A DNA stretch of 62,884 nt, filler included, from Choristocarpus tenellus KU-1152 (GCA_964200185.2; 10 parts of 10 records of this genome joined end to end with filler, not necessarily neighbours in it); one strand, 5' to 3'; counted from the first letter of the whole stretch, positions 38,169 through 51,990 are shown. Translations and numbers: made by a program. Notes: generated from the sequence alone by a model not told the origin.

Positions 38169-40699
38169 GGATCCTAGTTCCTGCGGAGTACGTGTTGTAC
38201 CTCCAGTACAAATTTGGTTATGTTGATGGAACTTACCAAATGATTTTGTTGAGAAATTGGAAACTGGAAATTGGCTGATAACCACTTTGTGGTGGTACGG
38301 CGACGTATGCTTCTTCTACACGTATCTCAGTCTGACCAAAACCCCACCCCAACACAAATAAAAAATGTCTTCACTTTCCCTACTCGGGTTAATCCTCCAT
38401 TATTAGGCATTAATATTACTGATCAGACCCAATCCCTTCACAATTGAGGACTAGCTGATACATATAACAGGCTCAGCATGTGGAACAACAACACTATTAC
38501 TAATACAGCTGCAGGATATGTGCCATCCAAACACTGGATCGGGCATTTTCCTCTCCAATTAGGACACTTCAACAAGCTCTAAGTCGTCCCGAACGGCTGT
38601 TTCCTTGCTATCCACCCATGACCCATCCTATCTTATAGTGGGGAGCTCTGTTTTTCTCCTTTTGGGCATTTCGGGCTTTCAAATCTTCTAGCTGACACCC
38701 CATCCCCACGATGCCTAAAATACATCGAAGTTTAGGAGGCTGTGACTTAGAATGAGGAGACAAAGATTTGTTTACATCAGTACGAAATATCCCTCCAGAA
38801 TGATGGAAGCACATTAATTACAGGGAGGCCTTGGGAATGCAGTCACACAGGGACCCAAAATACTCAATGATGACATCTTCTTCTCCAAGATAGGACCTCA
38901 ATCAGGCCAATTCCAACTCAACCACAAATTAAGAGTACCGTTTTGTCCCGTCTGTATTCCGTCACATTAATGACCCGAAGTATCCGTGTGTGTGTGGGGG
39001 GGTGGTCTACACCAGGGTGTCCCTTTGGACCAAAATAAGGAAAAGTGGATTTACATTATCCATCNNNNNNNNNNNNNNNNNNNNNNNNNNNNNNNNNNNN
39101 NNNNNNNNTTAATTAATTAANNNNNNNNNNNNNNNNNNNNNNNNNNNNNNNNNNNNNNNNNNNNCCCAATGGACAGCCGCCACCCCCTCCCAGATACTTT
39201 GAGCCTACGTACGAGTATTTCGTAAGTCACTATTTCCATGAAAATATAGAAGATTGCATTTGTTTTCTGTTTAGTGGTTTTTGTAGCAGATGAGACCCTC
39301 TGGATAGAGTTATCGCTGTGTGCTCCAGAGCAAAGGGATGTAAAGGTAATTGAAGAGACTAGTTACAATTACAACCAGATGCGTTATAATTCCGATATAT
39401 GGGGATTAATACCGCAAAATACTGCAGAGTATGTATTTTAAAGTTGAGAAGTTCTAACATGGTCAATGTATCGAAAAAGCAGGAGGGTGAACGAGGAAAT
39501 TTGTCAAAAAATGTTAACATTATCCTCAAGGTCAGAGCCAGCGATTGCACACAAAACCCCATAAAATACTACTACTACTACTTCTGTGTGCTTGTATATT
39601 ATGTGAGCCAAACCAATTCAGAGGTCAGCAGATTTGGACCCTTTTGCATCGCAAGCCATTTTTCTTATCCTGTGTAATACTCTTATCCCATTGCTTTAGG
39701 TGCACATAATGAACGCAAAATCGATATTCTTTCTTTCCACACACAAAATGACACCACAATCAAGCAAGGACTCTTTCTGCCATCGTACAAAATGGCGTCA
39801 TTTTGTCCTCTCTGCAATCCTTAAAAAGCAACCCTGCCAACCTATCGATTGGTTTTGCTCTGTATGTACATAAAAGAACAAGTCAGTGATAAAGTATGTA
39901 AAGAGTGCACCTATTTCGATCTATTTAATCTGCGAAGGGTATATTCTGTTTTCGAAATCACAAAAGAAATCCCTTCCATTTGTAGAAAATGTACATGGAC
40001 AATGTAAGAAAGTGGGAAGGAAATATACGACACATAACGGAAAGAACTACATATTCGGCCCTCTCAAACTATCAAGTTGGGGTTGTCCACAACCAGCTAC
40101 CCACCGATCCTCTCTGGATGGTGTTGTAGCATCTCGGCACACAGACAGATCCTGGATGATTTTGTGCCTCGTATAGTGGGTTGTTTAGGGTCTGGGGGTT
40201 TCAGTAGGGAGTGGTGAAGGCACACCAGTGACAGATAATGTCAATAGGGAAAACATGGCAATTTCAAGGCGTGCACTGCACTTCAACCTGGAGACAATGG
40301 GCCAGGCAGGGCGTGACTGACTTGTAAGGCTATTCCCTTGTTTCTAGACTACTTTTGCAAGGCTAATAGAGTAGTTTTAGCTGTGTGTATCATTTTATCT
40401 TCCTTGTTTTCAGAAAAATGCAATTATTTAAGTTCCTATCATGGATGGAGTTGATGTATTTCTAATGTGTAACTACTATTGGTCTATTGGGGCCTTTAAT
40501 GTATGCCATACAGAATCTGTTGTTGTATTATCTGCCTTGTAGTTACTCCTTGCCCTCTCCATTACATCTTTTGCAAAATGCTAGAGGGCACAAAAAAAAC
40601 TCCCACAGACAAGAACTCCATCTATGGACAACTCAATGCACAAAGGCCTGAAACGCACAAAGACAAAGTTCCTCAAATGTATGTGCTTGATATTATATA

Positions 40700-41800
40700 C
40701 GTAGTACTCCGTATGGAATAAACAACACGCGGACACAAGGCCAGCTTTCACGAATGGAGTCGAGCACAGCTGCTGACAGAACATACTCATTGGTTGCAAC
40801 TAATTAACACCTTGTTCTAACTCCACCCTATGACCCACAAACCTGCAACCCCATCAAGTAGGCAAATCTGTTTTGCATTAGCTCATATCGCACGATTCAC
40901 ACAATAAACAATTCCAACACAAGAAATTAGGGTAGTACTTCCAAAATGATAATTTTCGTTCCTGCCCCCAACTAGATAAAAAAATCTCCTAATAAAAAGA
41001 AAATGGTGATGTCTCCCTGTACTCGACCTGACAACATAAAATGATTAACATAAAAGAGACAGAAGCTGCAACCCTGGAAGACTTTTGGCTACAACAAGGG
41101 GTATCACTAGGAAATATTTGTGTTTCCCTGCCCAATACAACATAAAACGTGGACTATGACACATAGTGTAACCCAGGTACTGCTGGTAGTCAGTGGCACC
41201 TCTCCTATACCACTCCCTCGCAATACTGTTCGCATGGCACCCTTTCCTTGTGGGACCAATACAACTTGTGATGCTATTTTTTCTTTCTAATGACGTTTCC
41301 GCAACATCATCAACATCTAGTATACAGACACTTTTGACGAAGTGCTCATGGCACATCCAAGAGAAAAGGATGCAGAAAGCAAATTTGAACATCAATGACA
41401 TTGTCCCTGCCCAGCAACTCATTCCAAGGAGCTACCCCATACTGTCCTCACTCCCTGCTCAGTTTCTCAAGTTCCTGTCCGAGGAGCAATGCTGCACCAT
41501 GACCACACTAAATATGTCCTAACAAAGTCAGCATGTGTGGTAGAGGACAGAAGGCGGACTGATGTCCCTTTGCATTTGTATGCACACATTCCTGCCCTCC
41601 TCCCTATAGTACAGTACTGAGAAATTACAGATTTTGCGACATATGGCCTTGCCATATCCAGCACAAAAGCAACTGAAAACGATCCCAGTCTGGCAAGGGG
41701 ATGAGTTGATAGGACAGATGCCAACTAAGTCTGAATTGAAGCCTTTTTTACAAAGGGCTCCATCTTGCAACAAACCGCTACGTATAAAAGCATCTACCAT
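40700..41800 (-). mobile_element. Possible decayed DNA transposase (hAT-like)
   Basis: Broken intronless ORFs with FSVAFVLD..., SVVMVQH..., WMCHEHFV (loosely C..H..NL-like). Weak. Confidence 0.25.
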
Positions 41801-42304
41801 CACCCCCAAAACAACACCTAGTCATCCAGTATATCCAACCCTAACATGGGCTCAGCCCGACCCCCCCCCGTACAAATGTATCACATCAACAATACAAAAA
41901 CATGAACAAATAAAGCCAAACACACTAAACCAACATACAGCCAAATATGCGCCTGCGCAACGCACCACCATGTACAGTACTTGTACCACCCATGAGGATG
42001 TAAAAAGGGTTAGGGTTCACTCGCCGGTACAGTAGAACTATTGATTAAACTGTTGACGGTATGTTGGGTAAAGACTAAGCTCTCAGTGATATAAATCCCA
42101 TTGTCAAACCAACCCACCGGATCCCCCACACTTAGAAGGTAGTGTCCGATCCAAAAATCGGTGACCAGGTGCGTTCTGAGGCCAATTTATATTCCTGTGT
42201 ACCTTCAAAGAGTGCACTGCTACTTCCTTAAAGCCAAAGAGGGTCAAATTTTCATGCAATATGAACCTTAAATACATCTCTGTTTCATTCCCTCCCATAC
42301 ACCA

Positions 42305-43006
42305 TCAAATCTTTGTACCGTTTTCACCTGGGGGCATACACAAATCACAATGCCGTCCCATAAAATCCTTCTTATCCTCCCTCCCTCCCACCATATCACA
42401 CACTGTGCCTGATCGAGTTCGTGTTCGCTCAATCTGCCATTTTGCAGCACCTCCACGCTGTGCTCCCGTATCACTCCATGGCCGCATGGATTGCTCAGCC
42501 CCCAATCTACCTCCACTGTCCCAATCTGTTTCACTTACTATCCGGCCCTCACTTCCACACAAGCACCTGTCCCTGTCCCTGTCCCTGCCTCTACCCCCAT
42601 TCCCACTCTCTTGCAACTTATTCTTGTTCTTTGTTCTGATCCCTGACCAACCACGAAATAAGCTCATCCTTCGCTTTCCCCTCAACCTTCCCCGGCCACG
42701 TCTAGCCTGAGTCTGGGGCTGTGCTTGCCCCTCAGTCTCAGGCAGAGCGCTGCAACTGTCATTTCTAATGCCACTATTAGTTCTGATATCCCAGCTCACA
42801 AAGCTTGACATACTGCTGTAACCGCTGCTAGTTGTGCTTGTTTGCACCCCCCTTCCCTCGTCGCCGTCCCCAGTTTCCTCTTCATGGTTGCTGGTATCCG
42901 AAACCCAGCTTTCAAGGCTTGTGAAAGTCTGAGACGACCGGGAGTCTCTGGGCCCTGAGGTCATGCAAGAGACCAAGGTTTCATATATTGGCTCCTTCTT
43001 GAACTC
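42305..43006 (-). CDS. Probable large terminal exon of an unidentified gene (low-complexity S/G/R-rich tail)
   Basis: ~700-nt open frame after a CAG acceptor, beginning EFKKEPIYETLVSCM. No recognisable domain. Confidence 0.4.
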   Translation of the reverse strand, partial: EFKKEPIYETLVSCMTSGPRDSRSSQTFTSLESWVSDTSNHEEETGDGDEGRGVQTSTTSSGYSSMSSFVSWDIRTNSGIRNDSCSALPETEGQAQPQTQARRGRGRLRGKRRMSLFRGWSGIRTKNKNKLQESGNGGRGRDRDRDRCLCGSEGRIVSETDWDSGGRLGAEQSMRPWSDTGAQRGGAAKWQIERTRTRSGTVCDMVGGREDKKDFMGRHCDLCMPPGENGTKI

Positions 43007-43924
43007 CTGAAGCTGGCTGTGTGTCAGCACTTTTGATATCAGAGTGTGCAAGAAGGACGCAGGTTTGGTAGGACGGGATATGGACAAGTACAGTTTGGGT
43101 TGGGGATCGCAGACAAAGTGGGTAGTGTATGGGCAGGGGGGAGGGGGGGGGGGGGAAACATAAAATCGTGTATGTTCCATTCCAATTTTACCTGCAAAAG
43201 TCAAAGAGGGAGCCTTTTTCAGACAGNNNNNNNNNNNNNNNNNNNNNNNNNNNNNNNNNNNNNNNNNNNNTTAATTAATTAANNNNNNNNNNNNNNNNNN
43301 NNNNNNNNNNNNNNNNNNNNNNNNNNTCTGCAAAATGTCAGAGGGCATAATAATAAAAATATCTGATAGTGGTGAAGTAACTGATAGTTTAGTGGTTTCC
43401 ACACTTACAATGTTTTATAGTGTTCTTACGTTTAGGATATTTTATTTCCTTAGGGCTATTAACGATATATATATAGTTTCCATTGGTTTCCCCCCTGACA
43501 CATCTGCAAAATGTCAGAGAGCATAATAATAATATATTTGCAGACGTGTCAGGAGAAAAAACAATGAAAACTATTCAAATGTCAGAAAAATCCCTAAAAA
43601 TAATATATACCTTCGGGTATTACATATTATTATGCCCTGATATTTTGCAGATGTGTCAGGGGAAAAACCATTGAAAACCATCCAAATGCCAGAATAACCC
43701 CTAAGAAGTAACAGTTGTTGTATATGTGAAAGATATTTATCTATTTACCATTTTACTACCAGCTCTATACTGCTACATCTGTGCCCTCCTGTGCCTCCAA
43801 CTTAGCTTAGCCCTGCACCTCAGGGTGAGGAGCTAGGGAAGCATCCCAAGAACCTAACAAGCCCCTCCTTACCCATCTCCCTGGTGCCTCCAGCTTAAAA
43901 CGTATGATACATACTACTATGCCT

Positions 43925-45860
43925 TCGTTTTATTTTACAGATGTGTCAAGGGAAAATCCAATTCAATATCATAAGAACCCCAGTAAAGTAACCGTGGTCG
44001 TAAATGTGAAAGATATCTTTCCATAATCAATTTACTATTTGACTACCAGCTATGCTACACCCCCTCCTATGCCTCCAACCTAGCTTAGCCATACACCTCA
44101 GGGCGAGGAACTAGGTAAACATCCCAAGAACCTAACAGCCCCTCGTTGCCCATCTTCCTTATGTCCTCACCTTAAAACACATTACACGTCTTGATAGAGC
44201 CATTTGTGTCGCGACACACACTATATCTGTCGTAAACGGGATTTGACAGTCCCTTTCCTGCTGTAGCCTCCCACCTCTCCCCCTCTACCGTATACATAGC
44301 CAACTCATCCAGAAAATTTTCTGCTTGCTTACCGAGGCGCCCAAAACATTCCACCGCGAAAGTTCTGAGGCTAAAACTACGAGGGTCAAAAGAATCATCA
44401 AAGTGGGAGCGCTTTCCGGCCTCAGCTGCAGCAGCAGCTGCGCCATTGCTGGTGAATGAGTGGGGTAGATGGGAGGCCGCTTGCACTTCTGCAATCCTAA
44501 CATCTAGGAGGAGGCATTTGTCCTGACTGATCTGGTGTCTGCAAGTGCCCCAGCATGGAAGACCACATCCATGCGGAAATTCTGGTCCGCTGTGAATGGG
44601 ATACCATCCTCCAAAAGTGCAAGGGATGCCCATTCCTTGCAGAGTTGACCTAGACACTTCACCATCGTTGTGTGTTGGCGGACCTGTCCCCCTGCCCAAG
44701 GGCCGGTACGAGCATGTCTAGTGTCCACATTTTACCTCCTGCAACCCAGTCACTGGGCATCTGTGGATAAGGCCTCCTCCCTCCCTAGGGATCTGCTGGT
44801 AATGAGTCCAAACTCTATGGGAGGGATCTGGCATGCTGGTTCCAGGGGTTGTGTTGAGGCCCATGCATTTGCCCCTTGTCCACACTGGCTCCGGTGGCAT
44901 GCCAAGGCTATTAAGGAACTCTCCTTCCCTTGCTCCACCTTCATCAGGTAAGGTGGCCAATCGTGTCCAGAAAGAATCAAAGCAAATCCAGTTGAGCTGG
45001 CAGGTTATCTCGTGTTGTGCCCTCCTTGTGATCCTGGCATCATGGGCTGCCAGAGTAGTGTAGACCTCTGGGGCAGGTGTGGGGGTTGTTGTCCCCCCCC
45101 AGGCTATCCAGCCTTGGGCAATAATCTCCGCCAAGTCTTCTGAAAGGACTCCTGTAGAGAGGAGGGTGTGGGTGGATAGTCCCAGGGCCTAACTGTGGGG
45201 CTCATACAGATGGCTTGCGAGAAAGACTCTCCATGAGACCCTTGTTGTCTGGCCAAAAGGGTGGGGAGAGTGACCACCAGTAATCCTACAAATGCTGCAT
45301 GCTGGTGATGCTTCATAGAGGATAGGCCAAACCCCCCTGAACTTGTGGGCATCTGTTCCTGTACTTGTTGGTATGTTTCCAGGCGAAGATATACATTTTC
45401 ACAAACCCCTCGACGAAGTCAGTGGCTCCCGCTGATTCAGCTATCTCCATTTTCTTCTCTAGTATCCACAGTGAGGTGTAGTCTGCTTGTTCCATGGTGG
45501 AGCGTGTCAGGTGGGGGGGAGTGACACTTACTATAGCTTAAGCGGGAAGAGAGGGATCGGGAGTTGATGAGCCAGGCAACTTATTTGTCCTCCATCTCAC
45601 TCAGGTGCGTGGACAGCATTCGTGACCCTGAAGTCTCGATCTCTTCAGCCATGTGGGCTTAGATTAATCCATCTGCTCCCACTGGAGCCCCTAGTGTAAC
45701 AAAACCATTTGGTTCCAGGGTCAAGTTGATTCCTGCTATGACCAGAAGTTCTAGTTTTAAGGGTGTGGACTGGTGGCTGTGGGGAAGTGAAGGAAAGGTC
45801 TTGTCCGCGTTAAGGGCGATGCCCACCTCGTGTAGATCAATTTTCAGGTACTCACCCCCC
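43925..45860 (-). mobile_element. Degenerate CRE-like non-LTR retrotransposon (RT C-terminus + restriction-like endonuclease + 3' UTR)
   Basis: GFVTLGAPVG, PTSSGGFGL, GANAW, THND, FRMDVVF, LLDVRI, AAAAAEAGKRSHF, FAVECFGRLGKQAENFLDELA; many frameshifts. Confidence 0.8.
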
Positions 45861-45899
45861 CTTCTGATCGGCCTTGGAGCCATGTAGAAATTATTCAAG

Positions 45900-46620
45900 G
45901 CCAACCAAGAAGTGAGCTCTGGGAACAAAATGGGAAACATATGCGACTGTTGATATACTATTACACCATAATAATACATGACCCCATTGATACAAAATGA
46001 AATGAAATGTGTTAAACGAGGCATTAATGAATATCTGATCAGGATATATCATTTGCCCAAGGTTGATGGTATGTGGTCAGTATACCAATCAAGCTTACAA
46101 AGTCTGAGAGTATGGGATCAGCTTATCAGTCCGCCTGAATTCAATTGAGTTTGGTGGATGTTGTCAATATCGCATCGAGCTCATGTTCAAGGTTCGAGTG
46201 CATTTGACCAGCAGTGCGGTCAGCTTGCACGAGGCGAGAGGTAAATGTAGCCAGCATATAGGTCTCTAGTATTTTGAATAAATAGAGGATACTCAGAATG
46301 GGGATACAAGGAACAAACACTATACAATGTCAATGAACTGTTTGACAAGCTTTTGTGATCCGACGTTGCTACACGAGTGTTGTACGATGATTTTGATCAA
46401 CACTCCGATGTTTCAAAAAGGTGTTATATAATCAAAAATCAACATAGCAGATGACGAGATCAAAATACGATGTGTGCACACATTCTCCCATGACATTCCA
46501 ATGACGATTGGAATATTGCTCGCAACGACAATCACAGTATTTCAAGTTGGACAACTCGGATGTACGATGTTGATGGCTCAACTCTCCAAAACAAGATGAG
46601 GTTACCGTACAGTCACTACA
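45900..46620 (-). mobile_element. Possible decayed Gypsy RNase H/linker fragment
   Basis: IQAD**ADPILSD...FCINGVMYY resembles the Gypsy RNase H-integrase linker. Weak. Confidence 0.3.
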
Positions 46621-46903
46621 TCATGTCGAGCGGATCATACCACTCAAAATAAATAAATAAAGGTGACCAACCTGAAGTCTCCATCACTTACTTAGTGGTC
46701 GACTTGAATCTCTATTTTTAATGAGGTTAGTCATTTCATGCTGATCAATAAATTTCATTCGAATGAGACACGATGCCATGAACAGCCAATCACCTCTAGC
46801 ACACTCTAGAGGTAATGTACCCAGTGATACGGTTTCTTCATCACGGCATGTGTCCACTCATGCAAATGAGGAGAATTGAGAGATAAAATATCGTTGTATT
46901 ATT

Positions 46904-47188
46904 GAGTCAAACTATCTTAGAGGGTAGAGTCGTGTCCGTTTGTGGTCCAAAATCCAATGTTGCAATTTCGATGTAATCTTGGTTATCGTGTCTGTTAGGA
47001 AGTGTCAACATCTTTGTTCTGGGCACACCTTTCATAAGATACACATTTCACCTACTCCGAAACATATCGGAGTAGGATTTCGGAGTAGAATTTCGGAGTA
47101 GGAAAACGTAATTAAAAAACCGTGGAAAGCCAAGCCCCCCAAAGGGACAAACAGCGCAAAACTCGTACTCTCTAAGATACTTTCACTC
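46904..47188. mobile_element. MITE family A copy
   Basis: TIRs GAGTCAAACTATCTTAGAG / CTCTAAGATACTTTCACTC; internal triplication of tcggagtag. Confidence 0.9.
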
Positions 47189-47599
47189 ATTAATTTATCT
47201 AGCACCTACCAATATATGTGTGTAGTCTATTTGCAAGGAATAATAAGCCTGGTAAACACGAGATGTCAAGTCAGAGCCGATCGTGAACAGGTGTTAACTG
47301 ACATATGATATCAGTTATCTAATCTCTTGCCAAAACGTTGGACAATACCCATCTATACGACAAAATGGTAACCAAACGATTTGTTTATACTAGATGGTTA
47401 ACCTATGTAGAGGATCATGATACGGGTAACACAAGATCTGAGGAAAGACACTCAAGTCATAAACAACAACAACAAAATGGGCGAGGATTTGTGTACCACA
47501 TATTCTTCCAACAATCTCTTTAAGTAAACGAGGGTTCTACTATTACAGTGATGCATGATGTACACACTATGCAAAGGAATATGGAGTAAACAACATCAA

Positions 47600-48068
47600 C
47601 ACCTTCATGGTGGAAAGTTTTGGGCGCTTCGGTAAGCAAGCAGAACGTTTTCTGGATGAGTTGGCTACGCACATGGTAGGGGGTAGAGCGAGAGGAAGCT
47701 ACAGCAGGAAAGAGGCTGCCAAATCCCGTTTACGACAGATAGTGTCCGTCACAACTCAGGTGGCTCTATCAATACGTGTTATGCATTTTAACGTGGAGAC
47801 ACCAGTGAGATGAGCAAGGAGGGACCTGCCAGATTCTTGGGATGCGTTCCTAGTTCCTCACCCTGTGATGTAGGGCTAAGCTAGGTTGTAGGCACAGGAG
47901 GGGAGTGGTGAGGCATAGCTGGTGGTAAAATAGTAAATAGTTGATATTAAAATATCTTCACATTTACAACAACTGCTACATTTTCAGGGGTTCTTCAGAT
48001 ATTGAATCGACTTTTCATTTTTTTTAATGATACATCTGCAATATATTAGAGGGCATAATAATAAATAA
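47600..48068 (+). mobile_element. 3' fragment of CRE-like retrotransposon
   Basis: VESFGRFGKQAERFLDELATHMVGGR..., then a UTR ending gggcataataataaataa. Confidence 0.8.
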
Positions 48069-48129
48069 TACTGTATCAGTAATTAGAAATTCCCAAGTCT
48101 ACATTATGCATGACGATAATTTTTCCGAT

Positions 48130-49990
48130 TATCCAATCAATTTACTGGACGATAGGATGCAATCATTTCACTGCATTGTGAAATCTGTTACACTCTTTTG
48201 CGAAGGTCACAAGAGGGCCCATACCCACAGAGACGAAGACGATAGATAACATTTGTGGACGAACGACGACAAGGACCAGGTCTATGTACAACGATGCTAT
48301 CAATAGTGTACTGACCAAAAACGGGTTGAGATAATTGATGCTCAACGTCCAGCAATGGTAACGGTTTTCCTAGAAACAAATAATCCAGTTCATCAAGTCT
48401 GGTGTGGGAAGTTGGACTTGAGGATAGTAACGTTTCATTCTACCGAAAATGGACATGTGTTTCCTGGTAATACGATCCTGTACATAATGGGTGATACCCT
48501 AGAATGCACTTCATACGAACCCTTCCAAGGGTGAAGTAGCTTTGGTTTCGGACCATCAGGACTCTCATGTGGCCCATGGACTAGAACTTGATCACCAGGT
48601 ACGAAAAAAGGGAACACGAGACGTTGGCTCGTGCGTTCCAGATTTTTTATGTGTTCACGGAGGTTACGACGTGCAAACTCAAATGCAAAGTGCAACTTAT
48701 CTTTGGTCCGCTGAAGTAAATTCTTCAGTAGTGATATCTGATCAGCTTTACACGAACCAAGGGATAATATCAACAGATAAACGAGCTTGTTTTCCAAACA
48801 GAAGGAAAGACAGAGTTTCATGCAACTTGGCACTGAAAGCTGTGTTATGGGCTAACTGCAGGAAAGGCAGTAACGATGCCCAGATATCCTCAGCAACAGA
48901 GATATATATTACTAGCATAGAATATAACGTAACATGACTCTCTCTAACACATAATTCTTGTAGCCAAAGACAGACTGCAACTCTGCAATGCAACTGTTTT
49001 CAAATTCATTACCTTGATCGGAGTGTAACAACTCGGGTGGGCCGAAAATTGAAATACATGTACTACCAGCATACAAGCAATTGTTTGGGGTCTCTTTGTC
49101 TGGGACAGGGCACAGCATAACAAAACGAGTGAGGCGATCAATGGTAAACAAGACATACAAGGACATCGCGCCATTGGCTACTGGGGAACGTGTTCTGTAC
49201 TCTACCAAATCAATAGCAACACGTTGAAATGGTCTGTCGATGGGCAAGTGGTAAGTGGGGAGCGTAGATTTGTTATGAGCAGTTACGCGTTTGACATGCC
49301 TGACAATCACGGCACCATGTAAGGATATCGACATTGAATGTTGACACCAATACGAGTCTCTAAGCTTTTCAAACGTGGGTTCGAGCCCTAAGTGGGCTCC
49401 AGACATTGCATGATCATGGAAACCGTGGAATACAAGGTGGACTAACGAGCGAGGAATGACTAACTGGTCTCTAAATGTGCTCTTCTTATGAAGATGATTA
49501 CCTGGAAATATGAACGATACAGTAAGCCATTATGAAGGAATAAATATGACATAGACATTGTTGATTCCTTATCAGGTCGTGGGGCAATATTGGGGAACTA
49601 TAAATACCTGAAATATGGTATGAACTCCAGCTCCTTGCGCAATTACTCCGGATCCATTGTGGGGAACACAGTAGTGGAACTAGTAAATAGTTCAGGATCA
49701 CTTTCGATGGGAGTTACTTGGTCAAGGTTTAGAAGCAGATAATTCATATTCCTTTTGAACATGTGTGGTAATTGCATGATTGCCGTAGGATACATTGCGA
49801 CAGAGATGGGTGCCAGCATTGGACCAACGGATTTCTCCTGGTCCTCAAACGTGAAAATACGATGTAGAGTGTCAGGTATAACATATAGCTTTCCAGGCTT
49901 GTGTTTGACTTGTGAAATCATGCCCTTTCTGTCCCGTAGGTCTGGGCCGTTAAGTTGTACCTCTTCAGGATGACCTCCAATCACAAAACA
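48130..49990 (-). mobile_element. Degenerate Ty3/Gypsy pol: RNase H end, integrase and chromodomain-like tail
   Basis: VKHKPGKLYVIPDTL; HDHAMSGAHLG...LRDSYW; RPFQRVAIDLV; IDRLTRFV; FGPPELLHSDQGNEFEN; PKLLHPWKGSYEV; YTIDSIVVHR...YRLRLCGYGPSCD. Confidence 0.88.
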
Positions 49991-50639
49991 GACTTTTGCG
50001 CTGGATTCCTTGGGATATTTTACATTAAAAAACCAAGTTTCAAAGAATTCTACATGTGCAAATTACCTTGGGAGGAAATGCTATTTGTCAGTAGTGAAGA
50101 TAAGATGGTGTGAAGCCTCACACGATCCCCTTTGCTGAACGTGAAAAAAGAATGGATGGTTGAAATTTAGAAGAGTGACCTTTGTGTGGTGTCTTCTCAT
50201 TGCTTATTTATTATTTATTTGTGCTTCCTATCTGAGTCAACGGTCATGTCAAAGTAGTTGAATGCAGAATAAATACCTATACATAATCCCACACATAATC
50301 TGGATGTACTATTTTATTAGTTACATCATATGGACTCAATTCAACACAATAATCTCATATACACAAAATAAGGTAAACCTCACTATTGTCCTATTTTGCA
50401 CACTACAAACAGTTCTGTTCTGAAATGGTTCCGAAAGAATGACACACAGAATGCAGCATACTCTTATCATTTTGTTATATTCCTGCTACATCGTGGAGTC
50501 ACACAACACTCTCACAACCCCATAGCGAGACCCCATAGCCCGTCATCCCCAGTACGAAGCCCACCATCTCGAAGAAAGAACTGTGAGCTGACCGAGGAAG
50601 GTCGGACCCCCCACCTGCTCTGCATTACGATTTGGCTCT

Positions 50640-51990
50640 TCCTCCATGTCACGAGAGACGGGGTGCGAGGTCCAAATTGGAGAAAGAGTTTGGAGTGGGA
50701 GAAAGGCACCCTAGACGGGTGTGGGCGCGCGTCAAAGAACAGCTAGACGGGGAATAAAGGTCTCCCTGAAATCACTAGTACGAAATGGACAGCTGTCGAC
50801 TTTACGCCAACAAAGCTAACGAAGATCCGGGAAACGACACCAATAATCGCACCCTAACTGTCGACCGACTTCCACCAAGCTTGCTGAAGCGGGCCTCGCA
50901 GTTGGCAGCTCAAAGCTTCATCACTGACTCGAAGCCATGGGGGCAACAACGGTTCAACGGCGTGTCATCCCTAGCCTTTCGTTTTCTCACAAGAAGAACA
51001 GGGTGAACTTCATCCTCAACAAGATCTTCCACAACCACAAACCTACAGGATTGGCCTCAACATCGTTCATATTGACGAGGCGCGGCTCTACCTTATTCAC
51101 GAATGAGAGATGGGTGCACATGTTCTTGGGTGAGGAAAAGGTGGGCTCGATGAAGGTGCAGTACAAGATTCACATTCCCAAAGTGATGTTCATCTCCACC
51201 GTTTCGTGCCCTAAATCGTCCCATGATTTCAACGGCAAGATCAGGATTTGGCGGGTTTGTGTCACGTAGGAGGCACAATGGACTATAGCGTGGCACATGA
51301 AGGGCGAGGAGTACGAGGCCAATGTCACTGTTGATGCCGAGTGGTACTTGGAGTGGTACACAGAGCAGCTGTTGCCAGCAGTCAAGGAAAATATGCCGTA
51401 GCTGGAATTGGGGGGACCTCCATACAGCAGGATGGCACGGCATGACCCCGCATACGGACAAGGGCACAGTTTAGAAGAGTGAAAATATCTTAGAGGGTAC
51501 GAGTTTTGCCCTGTTTGTCCATTTGGGGCTTGACTTCCCATGGGGTTTTTTATGACAATTTCCTACTCCAAAATGTTCAGGAGCAGGTGAAATGTGTACT
51601 TTATGAAAAGGTGTGTCCGGAACATGGATATTGACACGTCCTAACAAACACCATAGCCAAAATTACTTCAAAATCGCAACATTAGATATTGGCCCCCAAA
51701 TGGACGCAGCTCTACCCTCTAAGATACTTTGACTCAGAAGCTGAACGCAGCAGAGATGGAGGACGGACGGAAAATTAAGGTCATGATGCAGCCAGTGCAG
51801 TCGCCGGATCTCAACATCAATGAATGAGTTTTCTTGCATCTCTGTAGAGTAGGGCTTGGGTGGAGTATTACCACACTGTTGGTGGACTTGTAGATGGGGT
51901 TTCAAACATGTTCCACACGTACGACATAGACATGCTTGAGAGGGTGTGGTAGAGTCTATTTAAGAGGTATAATCAGGTGATATGATGTTA
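50640..51990 (+). mobile_element. Tc1/mariner transposase relic (plant-mariner/DD39D-like), interrupted by a MITE
   Basis: IVHIDEARLY, HIPKVMFISTVSCP, FNGKIRIW, IQQDG, QPVQSPDLNIN. Confidence 0.85.
51477..51735. mobile_element. MITE family A copy (reverse orientation) with AGAA target duplication
   Basis: AGAA at 51473-51476 and 51736-51739. Confidence 0.92.
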
